Assembly: GCA_963805975.1 (NCBI GenBank)
Contig: CAWDVR010000003.1
Coordinates: forward strand, 96,001 to 160,000
Reading direction: 5' to 3'
Origin: an uncultured Acidobacteriota bacterium
GTDB lineage: Bacteria; Acidobacteriota; Thermoanaerobaculia; Multivoradales; SZUA-115
Length of the DNA stretch: 64,000 bases
Part shown: positions 1 to 10,191 of the stretch, piece by piece
How positions within the stretch are numbered: position 1 is the first letter of the stretch
How the letters are laid out: every line of letters starts with the position of its first letter
Position numbers and translations under genes: made by a program
The notes under the pieces: model-generated
What the model was told of the DNA's origin: nothing
Databases searched by the model: none
The model's input: the letters and a program-made list of their open reading frames with translations, nothing else

Positions 1-712
1 CGAAGCCGGCCAGGAGCAGCAGGAAGAGGGCGGTCTCCCCGGCGGCGCGGCCCTCGTAGCCGTTGCGCGCCGCGATCACCGCCCACTCGACCGGGTTGAA
101 GCGCGCCACGGTCTCGAGCCAGCCCGGCATCAGGCCGTGCGACATCAGCATGCTGGAGGAGAAGATCATCGGCGTCACCGTGAAGTTGGAGGCGGCGATG
201 ATGATCTCCTGCCGGCGGGTGAGGAGCGCCAGCGCGCTCGAGAAGCCGGCGAAGGCAGCCGAGAGGAGCGAGGCCGCGAGCAGCAGCACGAGGACGCCCG
301 GGAGCCCGCCGCGCGGCCGCGCGCCCAGCGCGAAGGCCACCGCCAGGATGACCAGCGCCTGCAGCACCACCTGCACCGCTGCGTAGAGCAGCCGGCCGAC
401 GATCAGCGAGCCGCGCGCCACCGGGGTCGAGAGCATGCGGTCGAGCACGCCGCGCTCGACGTCCCCGAGGAGGCTCATGCCGGCGTAGGCGGAGGAGAAG
501 ATCGCGGTCATGATCGTCACCCCCGGCGCCAGGAACTGCACGTAGCTCCCCGACTCGAAGCCGGGGATCGCCGTCACCGAGCGGAAGAGCTGGCCGAAGA
601 GGAGCAGCCAGAGGATGGGCTGCACGATCGAGATCAGGAGGAAGACCGGCATCCGCCGCGTGGCCACCACCTGGCGCAGGAACAGATACCAGGAGTCGGC
701 GAGAAACCTCAC
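1..712 (-). CDS. ABC-2 type transporter permease (DrrB-like), runs off the window start
   Basis: My own translation from GTG at 712 (overlapping the ATPase stop): MRFLADSWYLFLRQVVATRR...SYVQFLAPGVTIM...GVLDRMLSTPV...ARFNPVEWAV. These are typical ABC-2 permease motifs. Not in the ORF track because it is truncated. Confidence 0.9.
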   Translation of the reverse strand, partial: MRFLADSWYLFLRQVVATRRMPVFLLISIVQPILWLLLFGQLFRSVTAIPGFESGSYVQFLAPGVTIMTAIFSSAYAGMSLLGDVERGVLDRMLSTPVARGSLIVGRLLYAAVQVVLQALVILAVAFALGARPRGGLPGVLVLLLAASLLSAAFAGFSSALALLTRRQEIIIAASNFTVTPMIFSSSMLMSHGLMPGWLETVARFNPVEWAVIAARNGYEGRAAGETALFLLLLAGF

Positions 713-1665
713 GTCGCCTCCGCCGCGGCGCGGTAGGCGTGCCCCGTGGCGTGGAGATAGACCTCGTCGAGCGACGGCCGGCTGGCCGCGATCTGCTCCA
801 CCTCGAGCCCCCGTGCCTCGAGGGTGCCGACCAGGGCGGGGATCGCCCGCGCGCCGTGCGGCACCTGGGCGTAGAGCCGCCGGCCGTCGACCACCACCCG
901 CGAAACGCCTTCGAGGCCCGAGAGCAGGGCCTCGGCCTCGGCCACGCGGCCGGCGTCGGCGAGGTCGATCGCCACCTGGTCGCCGGCCACCCGCCGCTTG
1001 AGCTCGTCCGGCGTGCCCTCGGCCACGATCCGCCCGCGGTCCACGATGGCCAGGCGCCCGGCGAGCTGGTCCGCCTCTTCGAGATAGTGGGTGGTGAGCA
1101 GGATGGTGAGCCCGGCGCGGGCTAGCTCGCCGACCTCCTTCCACATCACGGATCGGCTCTCCGGGTCGAGGCCGGTGGTCGGCTCGTCGAGGAACAGCAC
1201 CTGTGGCCGGTGGACGAGCCCCATCGCCACGTCCAGCCGCCGCTTCATGCCGCCGGAGTAGGTCTGCACTAAACGGTCGGCCGCGTCGTCGAGTCGGAAG
1301 AGGGCGAGGAGCTCACGGCTGCGTGCGGCGATCTCCGCCGCCGGCAGGTGGAAGAGGCGGCCCTGGAGCATCAGGTTCTCGCGGCCGGTCGCCAAGCCGT
1401 CCACGCCCGAGGTCTGGGCGACGTAGCCGATCGCCCGGCGCACCTCCTGGCTCTGGCGAATGACGTCGAAGCCGCCGACCCGGGCGCTGCCGCCGGTCGG
1501 GCTCGACAGCGTGGTCAGGATCTTCATGGTGGTCGACTTGCCGGCGCCGTTGGGGCCCAGCAGAGCGAAGACCTCGCCGCTCGCGACGGTGAAGGAGATG
1601 CCGCAGAGAGCCTCGACGCCCGCGGCGTAGGTCTTTCTGAGATCGCGGGCCTCGATCGCGTTCAC
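709..1665 (-). CDS. ABC transporter ATP-binding protein (DrrA-like)
   Basis: Walker A GPNGAGKS, signature YSGGMKRR, Walker B LFLDEPTTGLD, C-terminal PSLDEVYL. Start moved to GTG at 1665 (NAIEARDLRK). Confidence 0.93.
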   Translation of the reverse strand: MNAIEARDLRKTYAAGVEALCGISFTVASGEVFALLGPNGAGKSTTMKILTTLSSPTGGSARVGGFDVIRQSQEVRRAIGYVAQTSGVDGLATGRENLMLQGRLFHLPAAEIAARSRELLALFRLDDAADRLVQTYSGGMKRRLDVAMGLVHRPQVLFLDEPTTGLDPESRSVMWKEVGELARAGLTILLTTHYLEEADQLAGRLAIVDRGRIVAEGTPDELKRRVAGDQVAIDLADAGRVAEAEALLSGLEGVSRVVVDGRRLYAQVPHGARAIPALVGTLEARGLEVEQIAASRPSLDEVYLHATGHAYRAAAEAT

Positions 1666-1731
1666 GGGCTCGATGATAGTGCCAGGCTCTGCCCGGAGCG
1701 GGGTGCTAGAGTCGCGATCTTCGCGAAGAAC

Positions 1732-2412
1732 ATGTTGGATACCTATCGCGCCGTCGAGACCCCGGAAGGTGTGGAGCTGGGGCTGCGGGTCGCCGGGCTC
1801 CCGGCGCGTATGCTCGCCTACGGCATCGACAGTGTGATCCGCATCCTGATGCACGCGCTGTCGCTCGCCGTCCTCGCGCCGCTCGGCACCATCGGCGGCG
1901 GCATCTTCCTGCTCAGCCTGTTCGTGGGCGCCTGGTTCTACCCCGTCCTGTTCGAGGTGCTCTGGGGAGGGGCCACGCCGGGGAAGCGGGCCCTGGGCCT
2001 GGTGGTGCTGCACGACGACGGCACGCCGGTGGGCTGGACGGCCTCGATCGTGCGCAACCTCCTGCGCACCGCGGATCTCCTGCCCTTCGCCTACGGGCTG
2101 GGGATCCTGTCGATGCTCTTCTCGCGTGATTTCAAGCGGCTGGGCGACCACGCCGCCCGTACCGTGGTGGTCTATCGGGAGCGCGAGGCCGCGTCGCTGC
2201 CGCTCGCCGGCGCGCGCTCCTGGGCGCCCCCGGTGCCGCTCGCCGCCGCCGAGCAGAAAGCGATCATCGACTTCTCGCACCGGCTGCCGAAGTGGTCCGA
2301 CGAGCGGGCCTGCGAGCTCTCCGACCTCGCTTCGCCGCTGACCGGGGCGCGGGGCGAGGAGGGCCTCACGCGCCTGGTGGGCGCCGCCAACTGGCTGGTG
2401 GGGCGGCGTTGA
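1732..2412 (+). CDS. RDD family membrane protein
   Basis: ETPEGVEL...RMLAYGID...TPGKRALGLVV...RNLLRTAD...KRLGDHAARTVVV pattern; ATG at 1732. Confidence 0.88.
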   Translation: MLDTYRAVETPEGVELGLRVAGLPARMLAYGIDSVIRILMHALSLAVLAPLGTIGGGIFLLSLFVGAWFYPVLFEVLWGGATPGKRALGLVVLHDDGTPVGWTASIVRNLLRTADLLPFAYGLGILSMLFSRDFKRLGDHAARTVVVYREREAASLPLAGARSWAPPVPLAAAEQKAIIDFSHRLPKWSDERACELSDLASPLTGARGEEGLTRLVGAANWLVGRR

Positions 2413-3389
2413 ACCGCGACCAGTTCATCGAGCGGCACGCCGCGGGCTGGCAGCGCCTGGAGGGCCTGCTGGATCGGATCGAGCGCCGCCGCGGCGCCCG
2501 GCGCGGCGAGGCGGAGGACGGGGCGGTCGGCGCCCTCCCCGAGCTCTACCGCCGGCTCTGCCGCGAGCTCGCGCTGGCGCGCTCCCGCCGCTACGGTGGA
2601 GATCTCGAGGAGCGCCTGAACCGGCTGGCGCTGCGCGGCCACCAGCAGCTCTACAAGAGCGCCGGCGTCATCACCTGGGCGGCGGTGGGCCGCTTCGTCC
2701 TGCGCGACTTCCCGCGCCTGGTGCGGCGGGAGGGGAGGCTGGTCGCGGCCAGCTCGGTCCTGTTCTTCGGCACCCTGCTCGTGACGCTGGGGGCGGTCTC
2801 CGCCCATCCCGAGCTCGCCTATTCGATCCTGAGCCCCGAGCAGGCCGCTGGCATGGAGCAGATGTACGACCCGGGCGCGAGAGCGGAGCGGCCGGCCGCG
2901 ACCGACTTCGGCATGTTCGGCTACTACGTCTACAACAACATCTCGATCGCCTTCCGCACCTTCGCGAGCGGCCTCCTGGCGGGCGTCGGCGCCGTCCTGA
3001 TCCTGTTCTACAACGGCCTGGTGATCGGTGCCGTGGCCGGCCACCTGGGCAACGCCGGCTTCGGCGAGACCTTCTATCCCTTCGTCATCGCGCACGGCGC
3101 CTTCGAGCTGCCGGCGATCGTTCTCGCCGGTGCCGCCGGCCTGCGCCTGGGGCTGGCGCTCCTCGCTCCCGGGCGCCTCTCCCGCGGGCGCGCCATCTCG
3201 GAAGCGGCGCGCGGCGCGGTGCCCATGCTCTACGGCATCACCGGCATGCTCCTGGTCGCGGCGCTCATCGAAGCTTTCTGGTCCTCGACCGTGACCCTGC
3301 CGTCCGCCGTGCGCTACGGCGTCGGCGCGGCGCTCTGGGTCCTGACGGCCCTGTACTTTCTCTTCGCCGGGAGGCGGCATGGACCTTGA
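2409..3389 (+). CDS. Stage II sporulation protein M (SpoIIM/DUF95) family membrane protein
   Basis: LYRRLCRELALARSR, YYVYNNISIAFRTFASG, AHGAFELPAIVLAGAAG and AALIEAFWS motifs; TTG overlaps the upstream stop. Confidence 0.88.
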   Translation: MNRDQFIERHAAGWQRLEGLLDRIERRRGARRGEAEDGAVGALPELYRRLCRELALARSRRYGGDLEERLNRLALRGHQQLYKSAGVITWAAVGRFVLRDFPRLVRREGRLVAASSVLFFGTLLVTLGAVSAHPELAYSILSPEQAAGMEQMYDPGARAERPAATDFGMFGYYVYNNISIAFRTFASGLLAGVGAVLILFYNGLVIGAVAGHLGNAGFGETFYPFVIAHGAFELPAIVLAGAAGLRLGLALLAPGRLSRGRAISEAARGAVPMLYGITGMLLVAALIEAFWSSTVTLPSAVRYGVGAALWVLTALYFLFAGRRHGP

Positions 3390-4914
3390 GCGGGTCGCGG
3401 CGGTGATCCGCCCGCGCCGGCCCTGGGAGGCCGTCGACCTGGGGTTCACGCTGGTGCAAGCGTGGCGGCGGCAGATCTGGGGGCCGTGGCTGGTGGTGGC
3501 CCTGCCGCTGTGGCTCGCCGTGCTGCTCGCCACCCGCCGCTCGCCCTACCTGGGGTACGCCCTCCTGTGGTGGACGAAGCCGCTCCTCGACGTGATCCCG
3601 CTCCACGTGGTGAGCCGCGCGCTGTTCGGCGAGACGCCGACGCTGCGCGCCACGCTCCGCCACGCGCTGCGCTCCTGGCGCCGGATGGCCCCGGCCTACC
3701 TGGGCCTCGAGCGCCTGGACCCGGCCCGCTCCTTTCACCTGCCGGTACGTCTGCTCGAGGAGCTGTCCTGGGGGGAGCGCTGGCGGCGCCAGGGCGTGCT
3801 CAACCGGGACGGGCACCGGCAGGCCATCCTCCTCACGCTCGCCTGCCTGGGCGCCCAGGTCTTCCTGCTCTTCGCTTTCTTCGCCTTCGTGTTCCTGATG
3901 GTGCCGGAGGGCCTGGCGCCGGACTGGAGCTTGCTCTTCGACCGCTACGTCGAGGACGGCGAGGCCCCGCTCGCCTACCACCTGCTGTGGGGCATGGCGG
4001 CGTTCGCCGCGCTGACCGTGGTCGAGCCCTTCTACGTGGCGGCCGGCTTCACGCTCTATCTCAACCGGCGGACCGAGCTCGAGGGCTGGGACGTGGAGAT
4101 CGCCTTCCGCCGCCTGGCCCGGCGGCTCACCCAGGAGGCCGGGGCCAGGCCTGGCAAACCGGGCGCCGCCGCCCAACGTGGCGTGGCCGCGGCCCTGCTG
4201 TTGGGGGCGCTGGTGCTGGGCGCCCTGCCGGCGAGCGCCGTGCCACCTACGGCGGCAGGGCCCACTGCGGCGCCCGCTCCCGCAACGGAGACCGGCTCGC
4301 CACAGCAGGTGGCGGAGCGCGTGCTCGCCGGCCCCGACTTCGGCCGTGAGCGCACCACGCACGACTGGAAGTGGCGCTTCGGCGGCGACGGCCAGGGTCG
4401 CCGCGCGAGCGGCAGGTTTTCGCTTTCCTGGGTGGGCCCGTTCCTGGAGGCGGGGCTCTGGCTGCTCCTGGGTGCCGGTGTGGCGGCGCTGCTGGTGTTC
4501 GCGGTGCGGCGAAGAGGCTTCCTCGCTCGCGGCTCCGCGCCGCCGGTAGCGCCCCTGCCGCTGCCGATCGCGGCGGGAACCGGCCCGAACGCCGAGCCGT
4601 TGCCGGCCGACGTCGCCGCCGAGGCGCTGCGCCGCTTCGAGGCCGGGCGGTCGGTGGAGGCGCTGTCGCTGCTCTATCGCGGCGCGCTGAGGGCCCTGGC
4701 GGCTCGCCGCGGGATCGAGGTCGATCCGAGCTGGACGGAAGGCGAGTGCCTGCGGCGGCTCGTGCAGCAAGTGTCGCCACCCACGGCCTCCGAGCTCGAG
4801 CGCCTGACCCGCGCCTGGCAGGGGGCCGCCTATGCCCGGCGCCCGGTGCCGGGTGAGGAGATGCGCTCGCTCTGCGCCGAGTTCGGCCGTCACTTCGGAG
4901 CCGGTGCGAGATGA
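3379..4914 (+). CDS. Membrane protein with C-terminal DUF4129 domain
   Basis: RPRRPWEAVDLG N-terminus, LYLNRRTELEGWD, C-terminal EALSLLYRGAL...SWTEGEC...AYARR; sits in the MoxR operon. Confidence 0.8.
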   Translation: MDLERVAAVIRPRRPWEAVDLGFTLVQAWRRQIWGPWLVVALPLWLAVLLATRRSPYLGYALLWWTKPLLDVIPLHVVSRALFGETPTLRATLRHALRSWRRMAPAYLGLERLDPARSFHLPVRLLEELSWGERWRRQGVLNRDGHRQAILLTLACLGAQVFLLFAFFAFVFLMVPEGLAPDWSLLFDRYVEDGEAPLAYHLLWGMAAFAALTVVEPFYVAAGFTLYLNRRTELEGWDVEIAFRRLARRLTQEAGARPGKPGAAAQRGVAAALLLGALVLGALPASAVPPTAAGPTAAPAPATETGSPQQVAERVLAGPDFGRERTTHDWKWRFGGDGQGRRASGRFSLSWVGPFLEAGLWLLLGAGVAALLVFAVRRRGFLARGSAPPVAPLPLPIAAGTGPNAEPLPADVAAEALRRFEAGRSVEALSLLYRGALRALAARRGIEVDPSWTEGECLRRLVQQVSPPTASELERLTRAWQGAAYARRPVPGEEMRSLCAEFGRHFGAGAR

Positions 4915-6106
4915 GCTCGCCGGCCTTCACGCCCCGCCGCCGCTCGCTCCCCGCGCTGGTCGTACCGTTCTGCGGGGCGCTTCTGGTAGCGGCTTTCTTC
5001 GTCCTCTTCGAGCCCGTGGAGACCCGCGTGCGGATCGGCTATTCCGCCGCTGCGCGACAGGATCCGTTCCTCGCCGCCCAGCGGTTCCTCACCGAGATGG
5101 GAGTGCCTTCGGAGCCCGGCCACAGCCTCAAGCAGTTGCCGCCGGCAGGGCACCTGCTGGTGGTGAGCACGCCGCTCGCACAGGGCGAGGCGGAGCGCCT
5201 GCTGGCCTGGGTCGAGGAGGGGGGATATCTGATCGCCCATGACGACCTCGTGCTCGCGGGGCGCCTCGGCGTCGAGCTGAAAGACCTGTACGAAGTGGAG
5301 GACGAAGACGAGGAGGGGCAAGAAGCGGCCGAGGAGGAGCCGGCGCCCCAGCCGGAACCGCTCGAGCCGGAACAGCCCGAGCCGGAACAGCCCGAGCCGG
5401 GGACCCGCCTCTCCCTGGGCCCCAACCTGGCGCACGAGGTCGCGCTCGGGCCGTCGATCCGCTTCGTCCCGGGCGACAGCGAGCCGGAGCTGGCCGCCAC
5501 GCTCACGGGAGAATCGGACCCGGTGCTGGTGCGCTTCCGGCGCGGCAAGGGCTGGGTGGTGCTGTTCGTCGACCTCGGGGCGTTCAACAACCAGCGCCTG
5601 GGCGACCGCGAGCACGCCTCGCTGCTCTGGTCGCTCGCCAGCGTCGACGGCCCGCCCCTGGGCGCGCGGCTCCGGGCCATGGGGTACGACTATCCCGCGC
5701 TGGGCGCGCTCGTCTGGCGCCATGGCTGGCGCGTGGTGGTAGCCGGTGTGCTGCTGCTCGCGTTCTGGCTCTGGCGGCGGGCGGCGCGCTTCGGCCCTCT
5801 CCTTCCCGACCCGCCGCTCGAGCGGCGGAGCCTGATCGAGCACGTCCGCGCCGTGGCCCAGTTCCTGTGGCGGCAGGGAGAGGCCGGCACCCTGGTCGAG
5901 AGCCAGCGCCAGGCGCTCCTGAAGCGCGCCGGTCTGCGGTTCCCCGGCTTCGCCAAGCTCCCGAGCCGCGCCAAGGTGGAAAAGCTGGCGGCCCTGGCCG
6001 AGCTGCCGGGAGAGACCGTGTCCTGGGCGCTCGGCGGAGCCGTGCCGCGGCGCTCGCCCGACCTGGTGCGCATGATCCAGACCCTCGAGACCCTACGGAG
6101 ACCCCT

Positions 6107-6110
<4 letters not shown>
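4911..6110 (+). CDS. DUF4350 domain-containing membrane protein
   Basis: N-terminal TM, LLAWVEEGGYLI, FNNQRLG, second TM followed by RFGP and RRSLIEHVRA; sits in the MoxR operon. Confidence 0.78.
5351..5400 (+). repeat. 15-bp coding tandem repeat (GCCGGAACAGCCCGA, about 3.3 copies) encoding a PEQPE linker
   Basis: gccggaaccgctcga gccggaacagcccga gccggaacagcccga gccgg read directly from the sequence. Confidence 0.85.
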
Positions 6111-7098
<988 letters not shown>

Positions 7099-7102
<4 letters not shown>

Positions 7103-8406
7103 CCCCGTCCGCGCGCTCCCTGGCGGCGATCGTGGCTTGGCTGCTGGCCGGCCTCGCGGCCTCGTTCGCACCGGACGCGCTGGGCCCCGCCTGGCTGGCG
7201 GCGGGAGGTGCGCTGGCCGTGGCCTTCGCCGCCGACGCGCTCTGGGTGCGGCGCACGCCCGCGCCCACGGTCGAGCGGCAGGTGGCGGCGGCCGTGCCGC
7301 TGGGGGTGCCGACCCGCGTGCAGTTGAAGCTCGTGAACCCGGGCCGCCGGCCGCTCTCGCTGGCAGTCTTCGACCACTACCCGCCGGCCTCGGAGCTCGA
7401 GGGCCTGCCGCGGACCACCGTCCTGCCGGCCGGCGGCTGGGCGACGGTCGAGTACCAGCTCCGGCCGCTGGCTCGCGGCGACGCGGCCTTCGGCGCGACC
7501 GAGCTGCTGCTCGCCTCGCCGCTCGGCCTGTGGCGCCGCCGCCGGTGGGCCGGGGCGGCGCAGATCGTGCGCGTGCTGCCCAACTTCCGGCCGCTCCTCG
7601 GCTACGCCCACCTGGCGGTCGCGGACCGCTTGGCACAGATGGGCATCCGCCAGCGCCAGCGCCGCGGCGAGGGGCGCGAGTTTCGCGAGCTGCGCGACTT
7701 CCGCCAGGGGGACTCGATGCGCCAGATCGACTGGAAGGCGACCTCGCGCCGCGGCAAGCCGATCGCCCGTGAGTTCCACGACGAGACCGACCAGCGGGTG
7801 GTGTTCATGCTCGACTGCGGCCGGCGCATGCGGGCCCGCGAGGGCGACCTCTCCCACTTCGACCACGCGCTCAACGCGGTGCTGCTCCTGGCCTATGCCG
7901 CCACCCGCTACGGCGACGCCGTGGGCCTCGGCACCTTCAGCGGCGAGCCGCGCTGGGTGCCGCCCGGCAAGGGGCCCGCGGCCATCGCGCGGCTCCTCGC
8001 CGCGGTCTACGACCTCGAGACCTCCGCCGCGCCGGCCGACTACGTGGCGGCGGCGGTGCGTCTCGCGACCCGCGAGCGGCGCCGGGCGCTGGTGGTGGTG
8101 GTCTCCAACCTGCGCGACGAGGATGCGAGCGACCTCTACCCGGCCTTGAAGCTCCTCTCCCAGCGCCACCTGGTGCTGTTCGCCAGCCTCCGCGAGTCGG
8201 CGCTGGCGAGCGCCGCGGCCGGGCCCACCGAGACGCTCCAGGAGGCCCTGCTCGTCGCCTCGTGCCGCCGCTATCTGGCGGCCCGCGAACGGGCCCACGA
8301 GCAGGTGCGCGGCCAGGGCGTCCTGACGCTCGACGTGGAGCCCGAGCGGCTGCCGGTCGCGATGGTGAACCGCTACCTGGAGATCAAGCGCGCCGGGATG
8401 CTGTAG
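7099..8406 (+). CDS. DUF58 domain (VWA-like) protein, MoxR partner
   Basis: GEGREFRELRDFRQGDSMRQIDWKATSR, MLDCGRRM; translationally coupled to moxR. Confidence 0.92.
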
Positions 8407-8440
8407 CATCTGATGAAACGAACGCCGTGAGCGATCCGCG

Positions 8441-9184
8441 ATGAACGAGCCGCCGAACGTCGATGCCCCCACCGCCTCCGCGCCGGGAAAGTGTCCCAAG
8501 TGCGGCTACACCCGCGCGCCGGAGAACGAGGAGTGCCCGGCTTGCGGCATCGTCTTCTCCCGCTTGCAGTCACGGCTCGAGAGCCCCTACCGCGACGCAG
8601 CGGAGATCCGCACCGATCTCGCCGCGGCGGGCGCTTCGGGCTTCAACCCCTACGCCCCGCCGGGAGCCGAGGTGGGGCAGGCCAGCCTGCTGCCCGAGGC
8701 CCTCGAGCTCGCCGGGCGCGGTGCACGGCTCGGGGCACGTTTCATCGACGCCTTCATCTTCCTGGCGGTGGTCTTCGTCGGCATCATCCCGGCCCTGACG
8801 TTGGGCGAAGCCCCTGCCAACCGGGCGATAGCCGTCGCGGCCCTCTGGTTCGTCAGCTGGCTCCTCGCGTTGGGAGCCTGGAACCTCGTGCTGCTCCACC
8901 GGCACGGGCAGTCGGTGGGCAAACGTCTGGTCAAGGTGCGGATCGTGCGCAGCAACGGCGAGCGCTCCTCGCTCGCCCGCCTGGTCGTGTTGCGCTGGCT
9001 CGTGCCGGGCCTCTTCAGCAGCTTTCCGTACCTCGGGGTCGTCTTCGCTCTCGTCAACATCTTCTTCATCTTCCGCGACGACCGCCGCTGCCTCCACGAC
9101 CACCTGGCGGACACCATCGTGGTCACGGCCCGGCCGGAGGCGAGCGCCCCCGAGGCAGGGCTGCCGCTGGTCACCCTGCGCTGA
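8441..9184 (+). CDS. RDD family protein with N-terminal zinc ribbon
   Basis: CPKC...CPAC, FNPYAPP, RLGARFID, GQSVGKRLVKVRIV, RCLHDHLADTIVV. Confidence 0.87.
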   Translation: MNEPPNVDAPTASAPGKCPKCGYTRAPENEECPACGIVFSRLQSRLESPYRDAAEIRTDLAAAGASGFNPYAPPGAEVGQASLLPEALELAGRGARLGARFIDAFIFLAVVFVGIIPALTLGEAPANRAIAVAALWFVSWLLALGAWNLVLLHRHGQSVGKRLVKVRIVRSNGERSSLARLVVLRWLVPGLFSSFPYLGVVFALVNIFFIFRDDRRCLHDHLADTIVVTARPEASAPEAGLPLVTLR

Positions 9185-9219
9185 GGGGGCCGCGGGCTTC
9201 GGATAGTCTCCCGGCCGCG

Positions 9220-10191
9220 ATGCGGCCCGCCTTCCTGATCCTCCTCGTCGTCTTCGTCATCTGGGCCAACTCGTTCATCGCCGTCCGGGCGTTGGTGGGG
9301 GAGGACGTGCCGGTGGCCGAGCGCCTGGGGCCGCTCGAGTTCGTGGAGGCACGCTTCGCGCCGGTGGCGGCCTTCTGCCTGCTGTGGTTCGCCTTCCAGC
9401 CCGCGGCGCGGCGCGAGGCGCGGGAGGTGCTGGCTCGGCACGCGCCGCTCACCGTGCTCCTGGGGCTCCTCGCGGTCTGGGGTTACAACCTCGCTTTCGC
9501 CGCCGGGCACCACCGCGTGCCGGCGGGCACCGGCTCGCTGTTCACGGTGCTCAACCCGGTGCTGACCTTCGTGCTGGCGGCGGCCATCGGCCTCGAGCGG
9601 CCGACGCTGCGCAAGGCCCTGGGAATCGCTCTCGCCTGTGTCGGCCTCTACACCGTGGTGGTCTACGGCGCGGGCCGCAAGGTCGAGCCCGCCTACCTGC
9701 GCGATGCGCTTCTGCTGCTGGGCGCGCCGATCTCCTGGGCGCTCTACACCGTGCTCTCGAAGCCGCTGGTGGCGCGCTTCTCGCCGCTCCACCTCAACTT
9801 CCTGGTGCTCGGCCTCGCGAGCCTGCCGGCGTTGGGCATTGCCGTGGTGGACCGCGGCTTTCACGCCAAGGTCGCGGCCTGGGGAGGCGACCGCTTCTTC
9901 GCCGCCCTCTTCCTGGCGCTCGCCTGCACGGTGCTCGCTTTCTGGCTGTGGTACGAGGCGCTGAAGCGGCTGCCGGCCACCACCGCCGCGGCCTTCGTGT
10001 TCCTGAACGCGCCGCTCACCGTGGCCTTCGAGTGGCTGTGGTTCGGCCGCGTGCCGAGACCGGCCTGGGTGGTGGGCTGCGCCGTGGTGCTGGCCGGCGT
10101 GTATCTCTCGACGCGGGAAACCCCTCACCCCAGCCCTCTCCCCGCGAGCGGGGAGAGGGGGCCGGACGCGCCTAGACCGCTCGAACCTTGA
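9220..10191 (+). CDS. EamA/DMT family transporter
   Basis: About 10 hydrophobic segments; IWANSF, GLERPTLRK, SWALYTVLSKPL and LWYEALKRL motifs. The C-terminal tail is encoded by a palindromic repeat. Confidence 0.88.
   Translation: MRPAFLILLVVFVIWANSFIAVRALVGEDVPVAERLGPLEFVEARFAPVAAFCLLWFAFQPAARREAREVLARHAPLTVLLGLLAVWGYNLAFAAGHHRVPAGTGSLFTVLNPVLTFVLAAAIGLERPTLRKALGIALACVGLYTVVVYGAGRKVEPAYLRDALLLLGAPISWALYTVLSKPLVARFSPLHLNFLVLGLASLPALGIAVVDRGFHAKVAAWGGDRFFAALFLALACTVLAFWLWYEALKRLPATTAAAFVFLNAPLTVAFEWLWFGRVPRPAWVVGCAVVLAGVYLSTRETPHPSPLPASGERGPDAPRPLEP
10121..10160. repeat. Palindromic REP-like element (CCCTCACCC...CCCTCTCCC family)
   Basis: CCCCTCACCCCAG-CCCTCTCCCCGC-GA-GCGGGGAGAGGG with a 12-bp stem; a partial second copy lies at 37677-37700. 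Confidence 0.75.

Noticed and set aside
2409-3389. Sporulation function implied by the SpoIIM and SpoIIE family names
   Set aside because: These are family labels only. The context is a diderm (TBDR, TonB) with a MoxR operon and no sporulation genes.
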